In this document: in pieces, positions 14,031-26,300 of the stretch
Layout of the letters: each line of letters opens with the position of its first letter
How positions within the stretch are numbered: the first letter of the stretch is position 1
From: Takakia lepidozioides
Lineage: Eukaryota; Plantae; Bryophyta
Reading direction: 5' to 3'
DNA: 64,000 nucleotides
Assembly: GCA_030704615.1 (NCBI GenBank)
Contig: CM060733.1
Coordinates: forward strand, 70,432,001 to 70,496,000
Position numbers and translations under genes: made by a program
Notes under the pieces: generated by a model
What the model was told of the DNA's origin: nothing
What the model saw: only the letters and a program-made list of their open reading frames with translations
The model's database searches: none

Positions 14031-15688
14031 ATCCATGACAAACCCTTGCAACATGATTTGCATGTTGAACCGCAAGAGCAGTCACGGGCTGCACCAGTGT
14101 TACGAACGGAGTATGGAGCACTTGTCGCTAGGCCGAGCATATATGACCAGGGCGGGCAAAACAAACGTGACACGGCCTATCACAGCCCATCAATGCAAAG
14201 CACAGCCTATCACAGCCCATCAAGGCAAAGCACAACCTATCACAGCCCATCACAACGTGACACAGCCTATCACAGCCCAGCACGGCGCAACACAGCCTAT
14301 CACAACCTACCACAGCGTGTCACAGCCTATCACAGCTTACCACAGTGCATCACAGCCTATCACAGCGTAACACAGTATGACACAACCTGTCACAGCTCAA
14401 CACAGCCTACTAGGGTTACACGATCCATAGAATCAGTGACAGGTGGACGCATAATAACTTCAGGAAAATGGCTGACGGAAGAGAAAACGGAAATTAGTTT
14501 AAAAATAGACACGTGGAGGTCAGGGCGCGACACACAGCTGAGAAGGAAGTGCAAGAACAGGTGTCATAAAGAAAGAGGACAAGAACGGCCGTCAAAAGGG
14601 ATGAAAGGCGGGCCCATTAATGAATACAGAAAAAGGGAAACGGAACGAACGGCAAGTACAGAAAAGCAAAATTCTTGTCACATGTGTGATCCTAGTGGAC
14701 TATCCAGTAGGGAAAGTCCACTAAAGAAAATAAAATCTAAAATCCAGTCACAATGGATACAACCAATAGAAAACCAGAGAAAGGATCAAGAAAATGGAGG
14801 GAAATTGAGCGCAAGAGGCGGCGTCATTCTGAGTAACGGGCGTCTCGACGGGACAGACCATCAATGCTATAGCTTGGAAACTACGGAGGAACTAACAGAC
14901 TATACGCTCGCAATATTACTTACGCAGTGGCATAGACACGAAAGGACAGAGCGGAGCTTTTCTCTTGAGCGATGCTTGCAAGCCCCGCAGGCTTACAAGA
15001 AATTACCCATAGCTTTCTGCGGCAACCATACGTTTATGCTTTGTGCACTACAGGCATTCCTGCAGTTGTTACACCCAAAACAGTTCTGTGAGTCTAAAAT
15101 GAAGAGAGTGAGAGGAATGGAGGAAATCAGGGTGAAGAGCACCACAATTCTGCAGAAACAAACGATTGCTACCCCACAGGCGATACAGATACTGAAGGAG
15201 CTGAGATTGCAAGGATTGCAAAGCCTAGATTGGACATTACACCATAGACAGTACATGTTACAATTTTTGCAGAACTTTGAGCCAAGGACAGGAACAACAA
15301 CGGTGAAGGGAGTTGAATTGATGATTACTCCCCTATACCTCCAGCAATTGTTTTGATTGCCAGCAGGTCAGGTGCATGTGGAGGAACACAGGGCAAGACT
15401 GCAAATAGGGGACTTATTCCAAGAAGGGAGTTTCTTTAAAACTCAGGGTTATGCTTGTACCAAGGCTGTGTACCCAGGGCTAAAAGAGGTAGGCCAGGTA
15501 TTGAACGTTCTGATTGCCATGAAACAGAACCAACAGTATTTGAGCAGATCCTTCACGGAGGAAATACTCAAAGGCCTGAAGGGACAAGAGGTACAATGGG
15601 TGGACATAATGTACAACGCACTGGTGGAGGAGATGAAAAGATTACACGGTACTACCGCAAAGTCTCCTATCATAGGGGGGGTGCTATT
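14030..15688 (+). pseudogene. In-frame 3' extension after integrase: repeat linker plus a plant-transposon-protein/PMD-like domain
   Basis: ORF 13866-15356 continues past GPY/F, and after one TGA continues as 15357-15722. Motifs TVKGVELMITPLYLQQLF*LP and EVQWVDIMYNALVEEM resemble plant mobile domain / Transposase_32-type extra ORFs (family assignment by eye). Confidence 0.5.
14168..14410 (+). repeat. 30-bp tandem repeat built from 10-bp CACAGCCTAT-like subunits, encoding (TAYHSPSxQx)n
   Basis: About 8 units such as cacagcctat-cacagcccat-caatgcaaag. Confidence 0.9.
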
Positions 15689-15766
15689 CCGTGAGCCTGG
15701 AGGCGTGAGCCTGGAGGCGTGAGCCTGTGAGCCCAGGAAAGCGTGAGCCCAGCACAGGCTCACGCC
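15689..15766 (+). repeat. Left terminal repeat cluster (CGTGAGCC x4, TGTGAGCC x1, one inverted copy)
   Basis: CCGTGAGCCTGG (15689-15700) and GCGTGAGCCCAGC (15741-15753) are exact reverse complements of CCAGGCTCACGG (53458-53469) and GCTGGGCTCACGC (53471-53483). Confidence 0.8.
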
Positions 15767-15784
15767 ACGTCAGCATGCAAACAG

Positions 15785-15838
15785 TGCCTATTTCCGCGGA
15801 TGTCACCTATTTCCGAGTGGTGTCACCTATTTCCGCGG
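15785..15838 (+). repeat. Subterminal triple direct repeat (TGTCA)CCTATTTCCG
   Basis: cctatttccg occurs three times at ~19-20-nt spacing. Confidence 0.8.
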
Positions 15839-16585
15839 GTTGATGTGGGGAGAATTGAGAATGCCCGAACAGTCTTTGATGAGGTGGACTTCACCGTGAT
15901 GGATTCACCAACCATTCTTCTAGCAGGAATGGTTTGGGGACGTACTAGCAAATGATGCGAGAATGATGTAAACGAACCAAAGTGGTTTGTTTGTTTTTGC
16001 AATGTACTCAAGTCTGTGAGGTCCACAAAACAACAAATATATTGAAGGAACAATCCGGGCAGTCCATGCAACCCCCATCTCCAACAATAGTTTGGAACCA
16101 TGAATGTGAATTCCACGCACACATTGCAAACAGGACAATAAGGACACACAACCATCCCATTTCAAATTTGTCCCAGAATTAAACCAAAAGAAGACTTCAT
16201 ATCAAGTGTCGCAGTCATCACAATCAGTGTCCACCTCCTGTGCTATGTCATCTACAAAGATTCTGGCCCCAACACCACGTGTTCTACGAAGGCCATCGCA
16301 AGGTGGACTCTGAGTGCCATGAACGGACATGCTTGCTGCGAGTGCCTCCGCATAGACAGGTAGCACACAAGACCGAGGAGGACTGAAAACAAGTCCAAAT
16401 AGGTGTGATAGCCCAGGAGGGCAAGTGGAAGCACGCGGACTCCTACACATGTCCACAAAATCCCATTTTTAACACAATGATGCAATGCACAAGTCCAACG
16501 AAGAGGATGTCTCCCATGTGCACTTTGCCTCAAGAACAGCGATTCTCGATATTGAAACAACAATGCAAGCATGCACAGGTTGAAC

Positions 16586-19500
16586 TTACTCACAGGCAAA
16601 GTCGGAGTCCAGCTCCTTGTCAGAAGTCTCCTCTGTATCAGTATCAGCGGGACGGGGCTTCGGAAGGACTTGAGAAGTGTGTCCACCCAAACCCATCAGG
16701 AGGTTCTTGTAAATCTCAGCATCCCCTTCAATCCCAAAGAGATGTCGCGCACTGGCCTTGCAAGCGTGGTACGAAGCACCTGCAGTGGAATAGAATGAAG
16801 TAAGCAGACATTGAAGACACATTCGGAACGGTGGAAAGTGCTGAAAGTGCAAGCTCAATCAAACCTCATGAAATGTGAATGTTGAAGAGACGAACCTGTG
16901 CCCATCGACAAATCTAGAACTCTGGCGTCTGTGTAGGTGCAGCACTCCACAATCGTTTGAATGAAAGCCGGGCTCCTCTCCCTCGCCCCTCTCCAAGGAA
17001 CCCCATTCCCCCTTCGCAAGCACACGTTGCTGTCGACGTAGTTGTGATGCATGTCATCCGTGGGAGGATCTGTCCTGTCATCTATGAACTTGCCCCCGTG
17101 AGTGATGGCAAACTCCGTAATGCCGGCCGGAGTCGTTGGTGGATGCACCCGGACGAGACAAACAGCTTCAAACAGACGAGTCTGCGAACATGACATCCAC
17201 AAGGAACTAAGAACCAAAAAAAAATCGGGCCCCTACATATGAGTTCGAGCGACCTATACAACACAATCCCAGAACAAAAAAGAAGAGGAAGAAGAAGGGA
17301 AACTCACCATCTCTCCCGGACGATCCCCCTTCGTAAGGTACATGCTGTTCACACAATTCCATGTCTTCACGACTCTCATGCCCGAGGCTTTCAAATAGCT
17401 GGCAAGGGCACGGCGACACCAAACATCGATGGACTGGATGAGCACCAAAACACCTGCATCGGAAAGGAAGAAGTTGCAAAAGGAAAAAACCCACCGCCAG
17501 TAGCGCTCATCAAATGCATTCCAACCCGGACAAGCACCCGATGGAGGGATATCCGGGACTGCCAACCCATCAGGGATGTCCAAGATGATGAGTTCGGCTG
17601 CATATGGCTTCTCCTTCCCGTTCACCCACGATTTGGTCATTTTAGCCTGCAAACAAAAATAAAATGGAATTCTGACAAGTTTATAAACGATCCATGCCCA
17701 CAGCAGACAAAGAGAGCAGAAGCCACAGAACCCAAAGAGAACACGCACCATGCTGAGGAACTCGACAATCCTCTCCCACACTGGTGATGGCTCGCCCTTG
17801 TAATCAGATTTCTTCGACTCCATCATGGCAAGGAACCCGACGTTGGCAATCTCCAACCTGGTTGGGCGAATGACCCTCGTGGGATGTTCCACTGCATGGT
17901 ACGGGTCCTTGGGATCAACCACCCCCTTGTTTTTTCTCCCGGATCCCCTACCATGCGGTGGAGTCTGCTGGACATGCTCCACAGGGCCAATAGCTGCAAC
18001 ACTTCCCTGCCCTTGTGCCACCTTCCCTCTACCCCTTCCCTTCCCCACAACACCAGCAACATCTTTTCCCTTTGCCTTTCTTCCTCAACCCGGGGTATCA
18101 TGAGCGGGAGGCTCCTTCTCTGCAAGAGTCCTCAGATTACGCTCATGAATGTCGAGGTCCGCTGCTGCGGCAGTGGCTGCAATACGGTCATTCTCTCTCC
18201 TCAAAGACACCTCCACAGCTGGGGTCTCTGAAGGAGGGCAATCCAAATACCAACCACAAGAAGAAAGATGGTCTGGGCCCCAGTCATGCAAGATCCCAGC
18301 AGTGAACATGGTCTGGTTGCCAGCAGGGACAAGCCAAAGGTCCACAAAATCTGGATGTTTGTCCAAGCAATTCTCTTCCAGGAGAACAAACTTAATGTAC
18401 TTGCAGGAACAGACACAGCCTCATTTTCCAATGCACATATTGTGTCCCAGCTTTTTCATCACACCAGGAAGACCCCCTTAAACAGTATGCCACACAACAC
18501 ATTGCAACCACAACAGAAGTAAAGAGTGCAAGGGTGTGCACCTGTAAAGGCATCGTTTCCAGGCTTCCTCTCCTTTTTCCTGCTGGTCAATCTCATTTGT
18601 TCGACTGATGCCACCCTCCTTGCTGAACTCTCTAAAGAAACAAGAGTGCCACACTGTGGCTCTCCATTTCCTCATGTATGCTTCGAAGGAGACCTTCGGA
18701 GCTGTCATAGTGATGCCATAGTCAGCCAGCTGAGTATGCAGAACCGATCGGGCCCTTTCTTCCAACTGCAAAACAATTGAAATGGAAGAATGAACCCAAA
18801 AACATCACAGCGAATGTAAGAGGCAATGGGAAGAGAAGGACAGGAAAAGAGAAAAGAAAGTGAGATACGAGAGGACATCACACCTGGCTCCAGTAAGTGG
18901 CCTTGTGAAGCCAGGTGTCCAGCACATTGTCACTGACAGGAACGACACGCTGGGTCTTCTTCTCTTTCTCTGGCCTTGGGAACATGTGGGTATCCCTAAC
19001 TGTGGGATCGGAGTTCCATATCTGTAGCCACTTCACCTTCTGTTCAGAAGACACGACGGCGGTAGACAACCTGTGCAACTTCTCCTGGGCCATCTCTGGC
19101 TTGCCTGGCTTGTTATAATGGTTTTTTTATCTCCAGGAGAAACTGCGGCCCGAATGATGGGTCGGCAATTCTCAACTGCTTCACAAAAGCACTCATTATT
19201 GTCCTTCTTGTAGCGTTCATCTCCTTCTGGATGTGACTTTCAACCCCCTTTGCTGTCCTTCTCTCCTCAGGGGTAGAGCTGTAGTATTCCAGTTTGCCAC
19301 GCTCTCCTGCATCTGCAATGTCTTGCTGCAAGGGAATGCAAGAGAGTTGCATCAATCCAAGGTCAAGGGAGACAGACAGAAACAAACATGTGGAAGCAGG
19401 AATATGGAAAGGCCAGATGAAGGAAGATGTATCTCACCGTGTACATGTACTCCATGAAAGCCTCACGGGTCAACGAGTACCACGTTTCCGATGTCTTGGA

Positions 19501-20312
19501 GCTTTCGCATTTCTTATACATCCCTGCGAAAGGATGGTCTTGAAGTTGGTCAAGGGCATCTGCCCGATCCTTTGTATCCTGTACAGCGTGTGAACCAGAC
19601 TCGTTTTGACATGCGATGTCTCCGTCCCTCTGCAGAATGATATCTGAATTTCAGAATGTAATCAAGGACTTGAATCAAGGAAGAACGGAACCAGAAGTGC
19701 AACATGTACAATGAGAAACCAACCTGTTCACATCATTCATTGCCGTCAGAAGACCCATCATGTTGTCGTCACAATCAAGCACCATCGATCGAACAGAGTA
19801 ATGCCACTCTTCCTCCTGTGAGTGCAGCCTCCCAATGACAGCCATCCATGCAAGCAACCGGTGGTTGCCATCCCAAACGTGAAACATCTTCCCTGAGAAT
19901 ACCTGGGTGGAAGGTTTCCTGCAGAGAAGAAGTTCGAAGGATTCGTTCACCTGTCTCCAAATGGGGTCCCAGGAGTCGACGATTGACTCATCCACAAGGA
20001 GCTCGTTACCTCTAGAATCCCTAGTAGAAACGTAAAAGACTGCGGATCCATCCAAATACCCATGAACAAACTCGGCCTCCAGCTTGAGAATGTCTTTGAC
20101 AAGGGGTGGACGAACGACGGCATGGAAACCAACCTACACAGGGGAATCTTCAACCTCCCACCAGGAGCAAGCATACTTTGCACCACAAGCTGAGAGTTCA
20201 CCTTTTGACCCCCCAGCATCTCAGCGGCTTTGCTTTCATAAAACTCATCGTCAACATCAACTATGGTCTCCTTCCCCTGACCCAAAGGGACCTCATCCGC
20301 CACACTTTGCAT
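16586..20312 (-). CDS. Spliced ParB/Sulfiredoxin-like domain + beta-class (N4-C/N6-A) DNA methyltransferase fusion, ~970 aa, with several 1-bp frameshifts
   Basis: Manual splice model, exons 20312-19724, 19629-19438, 19325-18884, 18765-18542, ~18400-17749, 17646-17308, 17181-16896, 16779-16586. GT-AG introns are ~95-140 nt; the exon-5 acceptor is imperfect. N-terminus: IPLCRL..VRP..DILKLEAEFVHGY..FYVS..VWDGNHRLLAW..AMNDVNR. C-terminus: ELIILDIPDG (motif IV), FLSDAGVLVL (VI), WRGARERSP, VLDLSMGTG (I), ACKASARHLFGIEGD (II). A possible 9th exon runs to 16202 via a GTAAGT donor at 16589. Confidence 0.8.
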
Positions 20313-20399
20313 TTTCTCTTGCAAGGTTGTTCACTCAAATTCTTATAAGAGAGGCATGAAACGTCGACTGATGCATGAAAAAGTGGGATCAAACAGGTA

Positions 20400-23300
20400 A
20401 GTGTTCTTTGAGCTGCCAGGGTAAGTGTTCATTGATCCTCACGGACCTGCCCTATGTTGCGATTTTCACAGGGAAAGAACATTGAAAAGTTCTGCTCAAA
20501 CAGTGTGCGTTGCCGCACACTGTTCGAGCTGGCAGTAAAGGATTCATTTCATCCTCAGATATCTGCCCATGAGGGCCGAATGTTGCGCCCTTAAGTATTG
20601 ATATGTTCTGCTTAAACAGTGTGCGGTTCCGCAAACTGTTTGAGCTGACAGTGAAGGGTTCATTTTATCCTCAGAAATGTGCCCATGAAGTCCAAATTTG
20701 CACCCTAAAACATTGAAATGTTCAGCTTAAACAGTGTGCGTTGCCGTACACTGTTTGAGCTAGCAGTGAAGGGTTCATTTCATCCACAGATATCTGCCCA
20801 TGAAGGCCGAATTGCGCCCTTAAATATTGATATGTTCTACTCAAACAGTGTGGTTACAGCACACTGTTTGAGCTGGCAGTGAAGGGTTCAGTTCACCCTC
20901 AGATATGTGCCTGGAAGGCCAAATTTTGCACCCTAAAACAATGAAAAGTTCTGCTCAAACAGTGTGCGTTGCCGCACACTGTTTGAGCTGGCAGTGCAGG
21001 GTTCATTTCATCCTCAGAAAGGTGCCCCTGAAGTCCAAATTTTGCACCCTAAAACATTGAAATGTTCAGCTCAAACAGTGTGCGTTGCCGCACACTGTTA
21101 GGGCTGACAGTGAAGGGTTCATTTCATCCTCAGATAGGTGCCCCTGAAGTCCAAATTTTGCACCCTGATGTACCTTCGTTTGTGTCAAACTTGCCAACTT
21201 GGAACATGCCAATGGCAGAAAAAGTGAAGGGTTCATTTCACCCTCAGATATCTGATGCAAGACCAAATTTGTACCCTAAAACATTGAAAAGATCTGCTCA
21301 AACAATGTGCGTTGCCGCACACTGTTTGAGCTGGCAGTGCAGGGTTCATTTCATCCTCAGAAAGGTGCCCCTGAAGTCCAAATTTTGCACCCTAAAACAT
21401 TGAAATGTTCAGCTCAAACAGTGTGCGTTGCCGCACACTGTTTGGGCTCACAGTGAAGGGTTCATTTCATCCTCATATAAGTGCCCCTGGAGTCCAAATT
21501 TTGCACCCTTAAACATTGAAATGTTTAGCTCAAACAGTGTGCCTTGCCGCACACTGTTTGAGCTGGCAGTGAAGGGTTCATTTCACCCTCTGATAACTGA
21601 CTGCAAGACCAAATTTTGCACCCTAAAACATTGAAAAGATCTGCTCAAACAGTGTGCATTGCCGCACACTGTTTGAGCTGGCAGTGCAGGTTCATTTCAT
21701 CCTCAGAAAGGTGCCCTGAAGTCCAAATTTTGCACCCTAAAACATTGAACGTTCAGCTCAAACAGTGTGCGGCAACGCACACTGTTTGAGCTGGCAGTAA
21801 AGGGTTCATTTCATCCTCAGATAGGTGCCCCTGAAGTCCAAATTTTGCACCCTAAAACATTGAAATGTTCAGCTCAAACATTGTGCGTTGCCGCACACTG
21901 TTTGGGCTGACAGTGAAGGGTTCATTTCATCCTCAGATAGGTGCCCCTGAAGTCCAAATTTTGCACCCTAAAACATTGAAACGTTCAGCTCAAACAGTGT
22001 GCGGCAACGCACACTGTTTGAGCTGGCAGTGAAGGTTCATTTCATCCTCAGATAGGTGCCCCTGAAGTCCAAATTTTGCACCTTAAAACATTGAAATGTT
22101 CAGCTCAAACAGTGTGCGTTGCCGCACACTGTTTGAGCTGACAGTGAAGGGTTCATTTCATCCTCAGAAGGTGCCCCTGAAGTCCAATTTTGCACCCTAA
22201 AACATTGAAACGTTCAGCTCAAACAGTGTGCGGCAACGCACACTTTTTGAGCTGGCAGTGAAGGGTTCATTCATCCTCAGATAGTTGCCCCTGAAGTCCA
22301 ATTTTGCACCCTAAGACATTGAAATGTTCAGCTCAAACAGTGTGCGTTGCCGCACACTGTTTGGGCTGCAGTGAAGGGTTCATTTCATCCTCAGATAGGT
22401 GCCCCTGAAGTCCAAATTTTGCACCCTAAAACATTGAAATGTTCAGCTCAAACAGTGTGGTTGCCGCACACTGTTGAGCTGACAGTGAAGGGTTCATTTC
22501 ATCCTCAGATAGGTGGCCCTGAAGTCCAAATTTTGCACCCTAAAACATTGAAACGTTCAGCTCAAACAGTGTGCGGCAACGCACACTGTTTGAGCTGGCA
22601 GTGAAGGGTTCATTTCATCCTCAGATAGGTGCCCCTGAAGTCCAAATTTTGCACCCTAAAACATTGAAATGTTCAGCTCAAACAGTGTGCTTTGCCGCAC
22701 ACTGTTAGGGCTGACGTGAAGGGTCATTTCATCCTGAGATAGTGCCCTGAAGTCCAAATTTTGCACCTGATGTACCTTCGTTTGTGTCACAACTTGCCAT
22801 GGGAACATGCCAATGGCAGAAAATTGAAGGGTTCATTTCACCCTCAGATATCTGACTGCAAGCCAAATTTTGTACCCTAAAACATTGAAAAGATCTGCTC
22901 AAACAATGTGCGTTGCCGCACACTGTTTGAGCTGGCAGTGCAGGGTTCATTTCATCCTCAGAAAGGTGCCCCTGAAGTCCAAATTTTGCACCCTAAAACA
23001 TTGAAATGTTCAGCTCAAACAGTGTGCGCCGCACACTGTTGGGCTCACAGTTGAAGGGTTCATTTCATCCTCATATAAGTGCCCCTGAAGTCCAATTTGC
23101 ACCCTTAAACATTGAAATGTTTAGCTCAAACAGTGTGCCTTGCCGCACACTGTTTGAGCTGGCAGTGAAGGGTTCATTTCACCTCTGATAACTGACTGCA
23201 AGACCAAATTTTGCACCCTAAAACAGAAAAGATCTGCTCAAACAGTGTGCATTGCCGCCAATGTTTGAGCTGGCAGTGCAGGGTTTCATTTCATCCCTCA

Positions 23301-26300
23301 GAAAGGTGCCACTGAAAGTCCAAATTCTGCACCCTAAACATTGAAATGTTCAGCTCAACAGTGTGCGTTGCCGCACACTGTTTGTTTGGGTCACAAGTGA
23401 AGGGTTCATTTCAACCTCATATAAAGTGCCACTGGAGTCCAAAGTTGGCAACCATTAACCATGAAATGTTTAGCCCGCAAACAGTGGGCCTTGCCGCACC
23501 ACTGTTTGAGCTGGCAGGGAAGGTTCATTTCACCCTCTGATAAATGACTGCAAGACCAAATTTGCACCCTAAAACATTGAAAGATCTGCTCAAACAGTGT
23601 GCATTGCCGCACACTGTTTGAGCGGACAGTGCAGGGTCATTTCATCCTCAGAAAGGTGCCCCTGAAGTCCAAATTTTGCACCCTGAAACATTGAAATGTC
23701 AGCTCAAACAGTGTGCGGCCGCACATGTTTGAGCTGGCAGTAAAGGGTTCATTTCATCTCAGATAGGTGCCCTGAAGTCCAAATTTGCACCCTAAAACAT
23801 TGAAAATGTTCAGCTCAAACAGTGTGCGTTGCCGCACACTGTTTGGGCTGCCAGTGAAGGGTCATCATCTCAGAAGGTGCCCCTGAAGTCCAAATTTTGC
23901 ACCCTAAAACATTGGAAATGTTCAGCTCAAACAGTGTGCGGCAAACGCACATGTTTGAGCTGGCAGTGAAGGGTTCATTTCATCCTCAGATAGGTGCCCC
24001 TGACTGAAGTCCAAATTTGCACCTTAAAACATTGAAATGTTCAGCTCAAACAGTGTGCGTTGCCGCACACTGTTTGAGCTGACAGTGAAGGGTTCATTCA
24101 TCCTCAGAAAGGTGCCCCTGAAGTCCAAATTTTGCACCCTAAAACATTGAAACGTTCAGCTCAAACAGTGTGCGGGCAACGCAAACTGTTTGAGCTGGCA
24201 GAGAAGGGTTCATTTCATCCTCAGATAGTGCCCCTGAAGTCCAAATTTGCACCCTAAGACATTGAATGTTCAGCTCAAACAGTGTGCGTTGCCGCACACT
24301 GTTTGGGCTGACAGTGAAGGGTTCATTCATCTCAGATAGGTGCCCCTGAAGTCCAAATTTGCACCCTAAAACATTGAAATGTTCAGCTCAAACAGTGTGG
24401 TTGCCGCACACTGTGTTTGCTGACAGTGAAGGGTTCATTTCATCCTCAGATAGGTGGCCCTGAAGTCCAAATTTTGCACCCTAAAACATTGAAACGTTCA
24501 GCTCAAACAGTGTGCGGCAACGCACACTGTTTGAGCTGGCAGTGAAGGGTTCATTTCATCCTCAGATAGGTGCCCTGAAGTCCAAATTTTGCACCCTAAA
24601 CATTGAAATGTTCAGCTCAAACAGTGTGCGTTGCCGCACACTGTTAGGGCTGACAGTGAAGGGTTCATTTCATCCTCAGATAGGTGCCCTGAAGTCCAAA
24701 TTTTGCACCCTGATGTACCTTCGTTTGTGTCACAAATTGCAACTGGAACATGCCAATGGCAGAAAATGAAGGGTTCATTTCACCCTCAGATATCTGACTG
24801 CAAGACCAAATTTTGTACCCTAAAACATTGAAAAGATCTGCTCAAACATGTGCGTTGCCGCACACTGTTTGAGCTGGCAGTGCAGGGTTCATTTCATCCT
24901 CAGAAAGGTGCCCCTGAAAGTCCAAATTTTGCACCCTAAAACATTGAAATGTCAGCTCAAACAGTGTGCGTTGCCGCACACTGTTTGGGCTCACAGTGAA
25001 GGTTCATTTCATCCTCAATAGTGCCCCTGAGTCCAAATTTGCACCCTAAACATTGAAATGTTTAGCTCAAACAGTGTGCCTTGCCGCACACTGTTTGAGC
25101 TGGCAGTGAAGGGTTCATTTCACCCTCTGATAACTGACTGCAGACCAAATTTTGCACCCTAAAACATTGAAAAGATCTGCTCAAACAGTGTGCATTGCCG
25201 CACACTGTTTGAGCTGGCAGTGCAGGGTTCATTTCATTCGAAAGGTGCCCCTGAAGTCCAAATTTTGCACCTAAAACATTGAAACGTTCAGCTCAAACAG
25301 TGGGGCAAACGCACACTGTTTGAGCTGGCAGTGAAGGGTTCATTTCATCCTCAGATAGATGCCCCTGAAGTCCAAATTTTGCACCCTAAAACATTGAAAT
25401 GTTCAGCTCAAACAGTGTGCGTTTGCCGCACACTGTTTGGGCTGACAGTGAAGGGTTCATTTCATCCTCAGATAGGTGCCCCTGAAGTCCAAATTTTGCA
25501 CCCTAAACATTGAAACGTTCAGCTCAAACAGTGTGCGGCAACGCACACTGTTTGAGCTGGCAGTGAAGGGTTCATTTCATCCTCAGATAGGTGCCCCTGA
25601 AGTCCAAATTTTGCCCCTTAAAACATTGAAATGTTCAGCTCAAACAGTGTGCGTTGCCGCACACTGTTTGAGCTGACAGTGAAGGGTCATTTCATCCTCA
25701 GAAAGGTGCCCCTGAAGTCCAAATTTGCACCCAAAACATTGAAACGTTCAGCTCAAACAGTGTGCGGCAACGCACACTGTTTGAGCTGGCAGTGAAGGGT
25801 TCATTTCATCCTCAGATAGGTGCCCCTGAAGTCCAAATTTTGACCCTAAAACATTGAAACGTTCAGCTCAAACAGTGTGCGGCAACGCACACTGTTTGAG
25901 CTGGCAGTGAGGGTTCATTTCATCCTCAGATAGATGCCCCTGAAGTCCAAATTTTGCACCCTAAAACATTGAAATGTTCAGCTCAAACAGTGTGCGTTGC
26001 CGCACACTGTTTGGGCTGACAGTGAAGGGTTCATTTCATCCTCAGATAGGTGCCCCTGAAGTCCAAATTTTGCACCTAAAACATTGAAACGTTCAGCTCA
26101 AACAGTGTGCGGCAACGCACACTGTTTGAGCTGGCAGTGAAGGGTCATTTCATCCTCAGATAGGTGCCCCTGAAGTCCAAATTTTGCACCCTAAAACATT
26201 GAAATGTTCAGCTCAAACAGTGTGCGTTGCCGCACACTGTTAGGGCTGACAGTGAAGGGTTCATTTCATCCTGAGATAGGTGCCCCTGAAGTCCAAATTT

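Larger units (their letters stand above)
6391..15688 (+). mobile_element. Ty3/gypsy LTR retrotransposon copy B; 3' end interrupted by the DNA transposon
   Basis: LTR, ORF0, gag-pol and a 3' extension. The coding sequence runs directly into GTGAGCC repeats at ~15690. No PPT or 3' LTR seen. Confidence 0.93.

Noticed and set aside
15670-15700. Target-site duplication for the giant element
   Set aside because: No 8-11-bp direct repeat is shared with 53484-53500. The flanks derive from different elements.
13866-15722. env-like gene or chromodomain after integrase
   Set aside because: No clear transmembrane segment or chromodomain aromatic-cage motif is visible.
16586-20312. Bacterial/phage contamination or a true parABS or restriction-modification locus
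   Set aside because: The gene has multiple spliceosomal introns, no ParA or nuclease partner is visible, and it is embedded among plant transposons.
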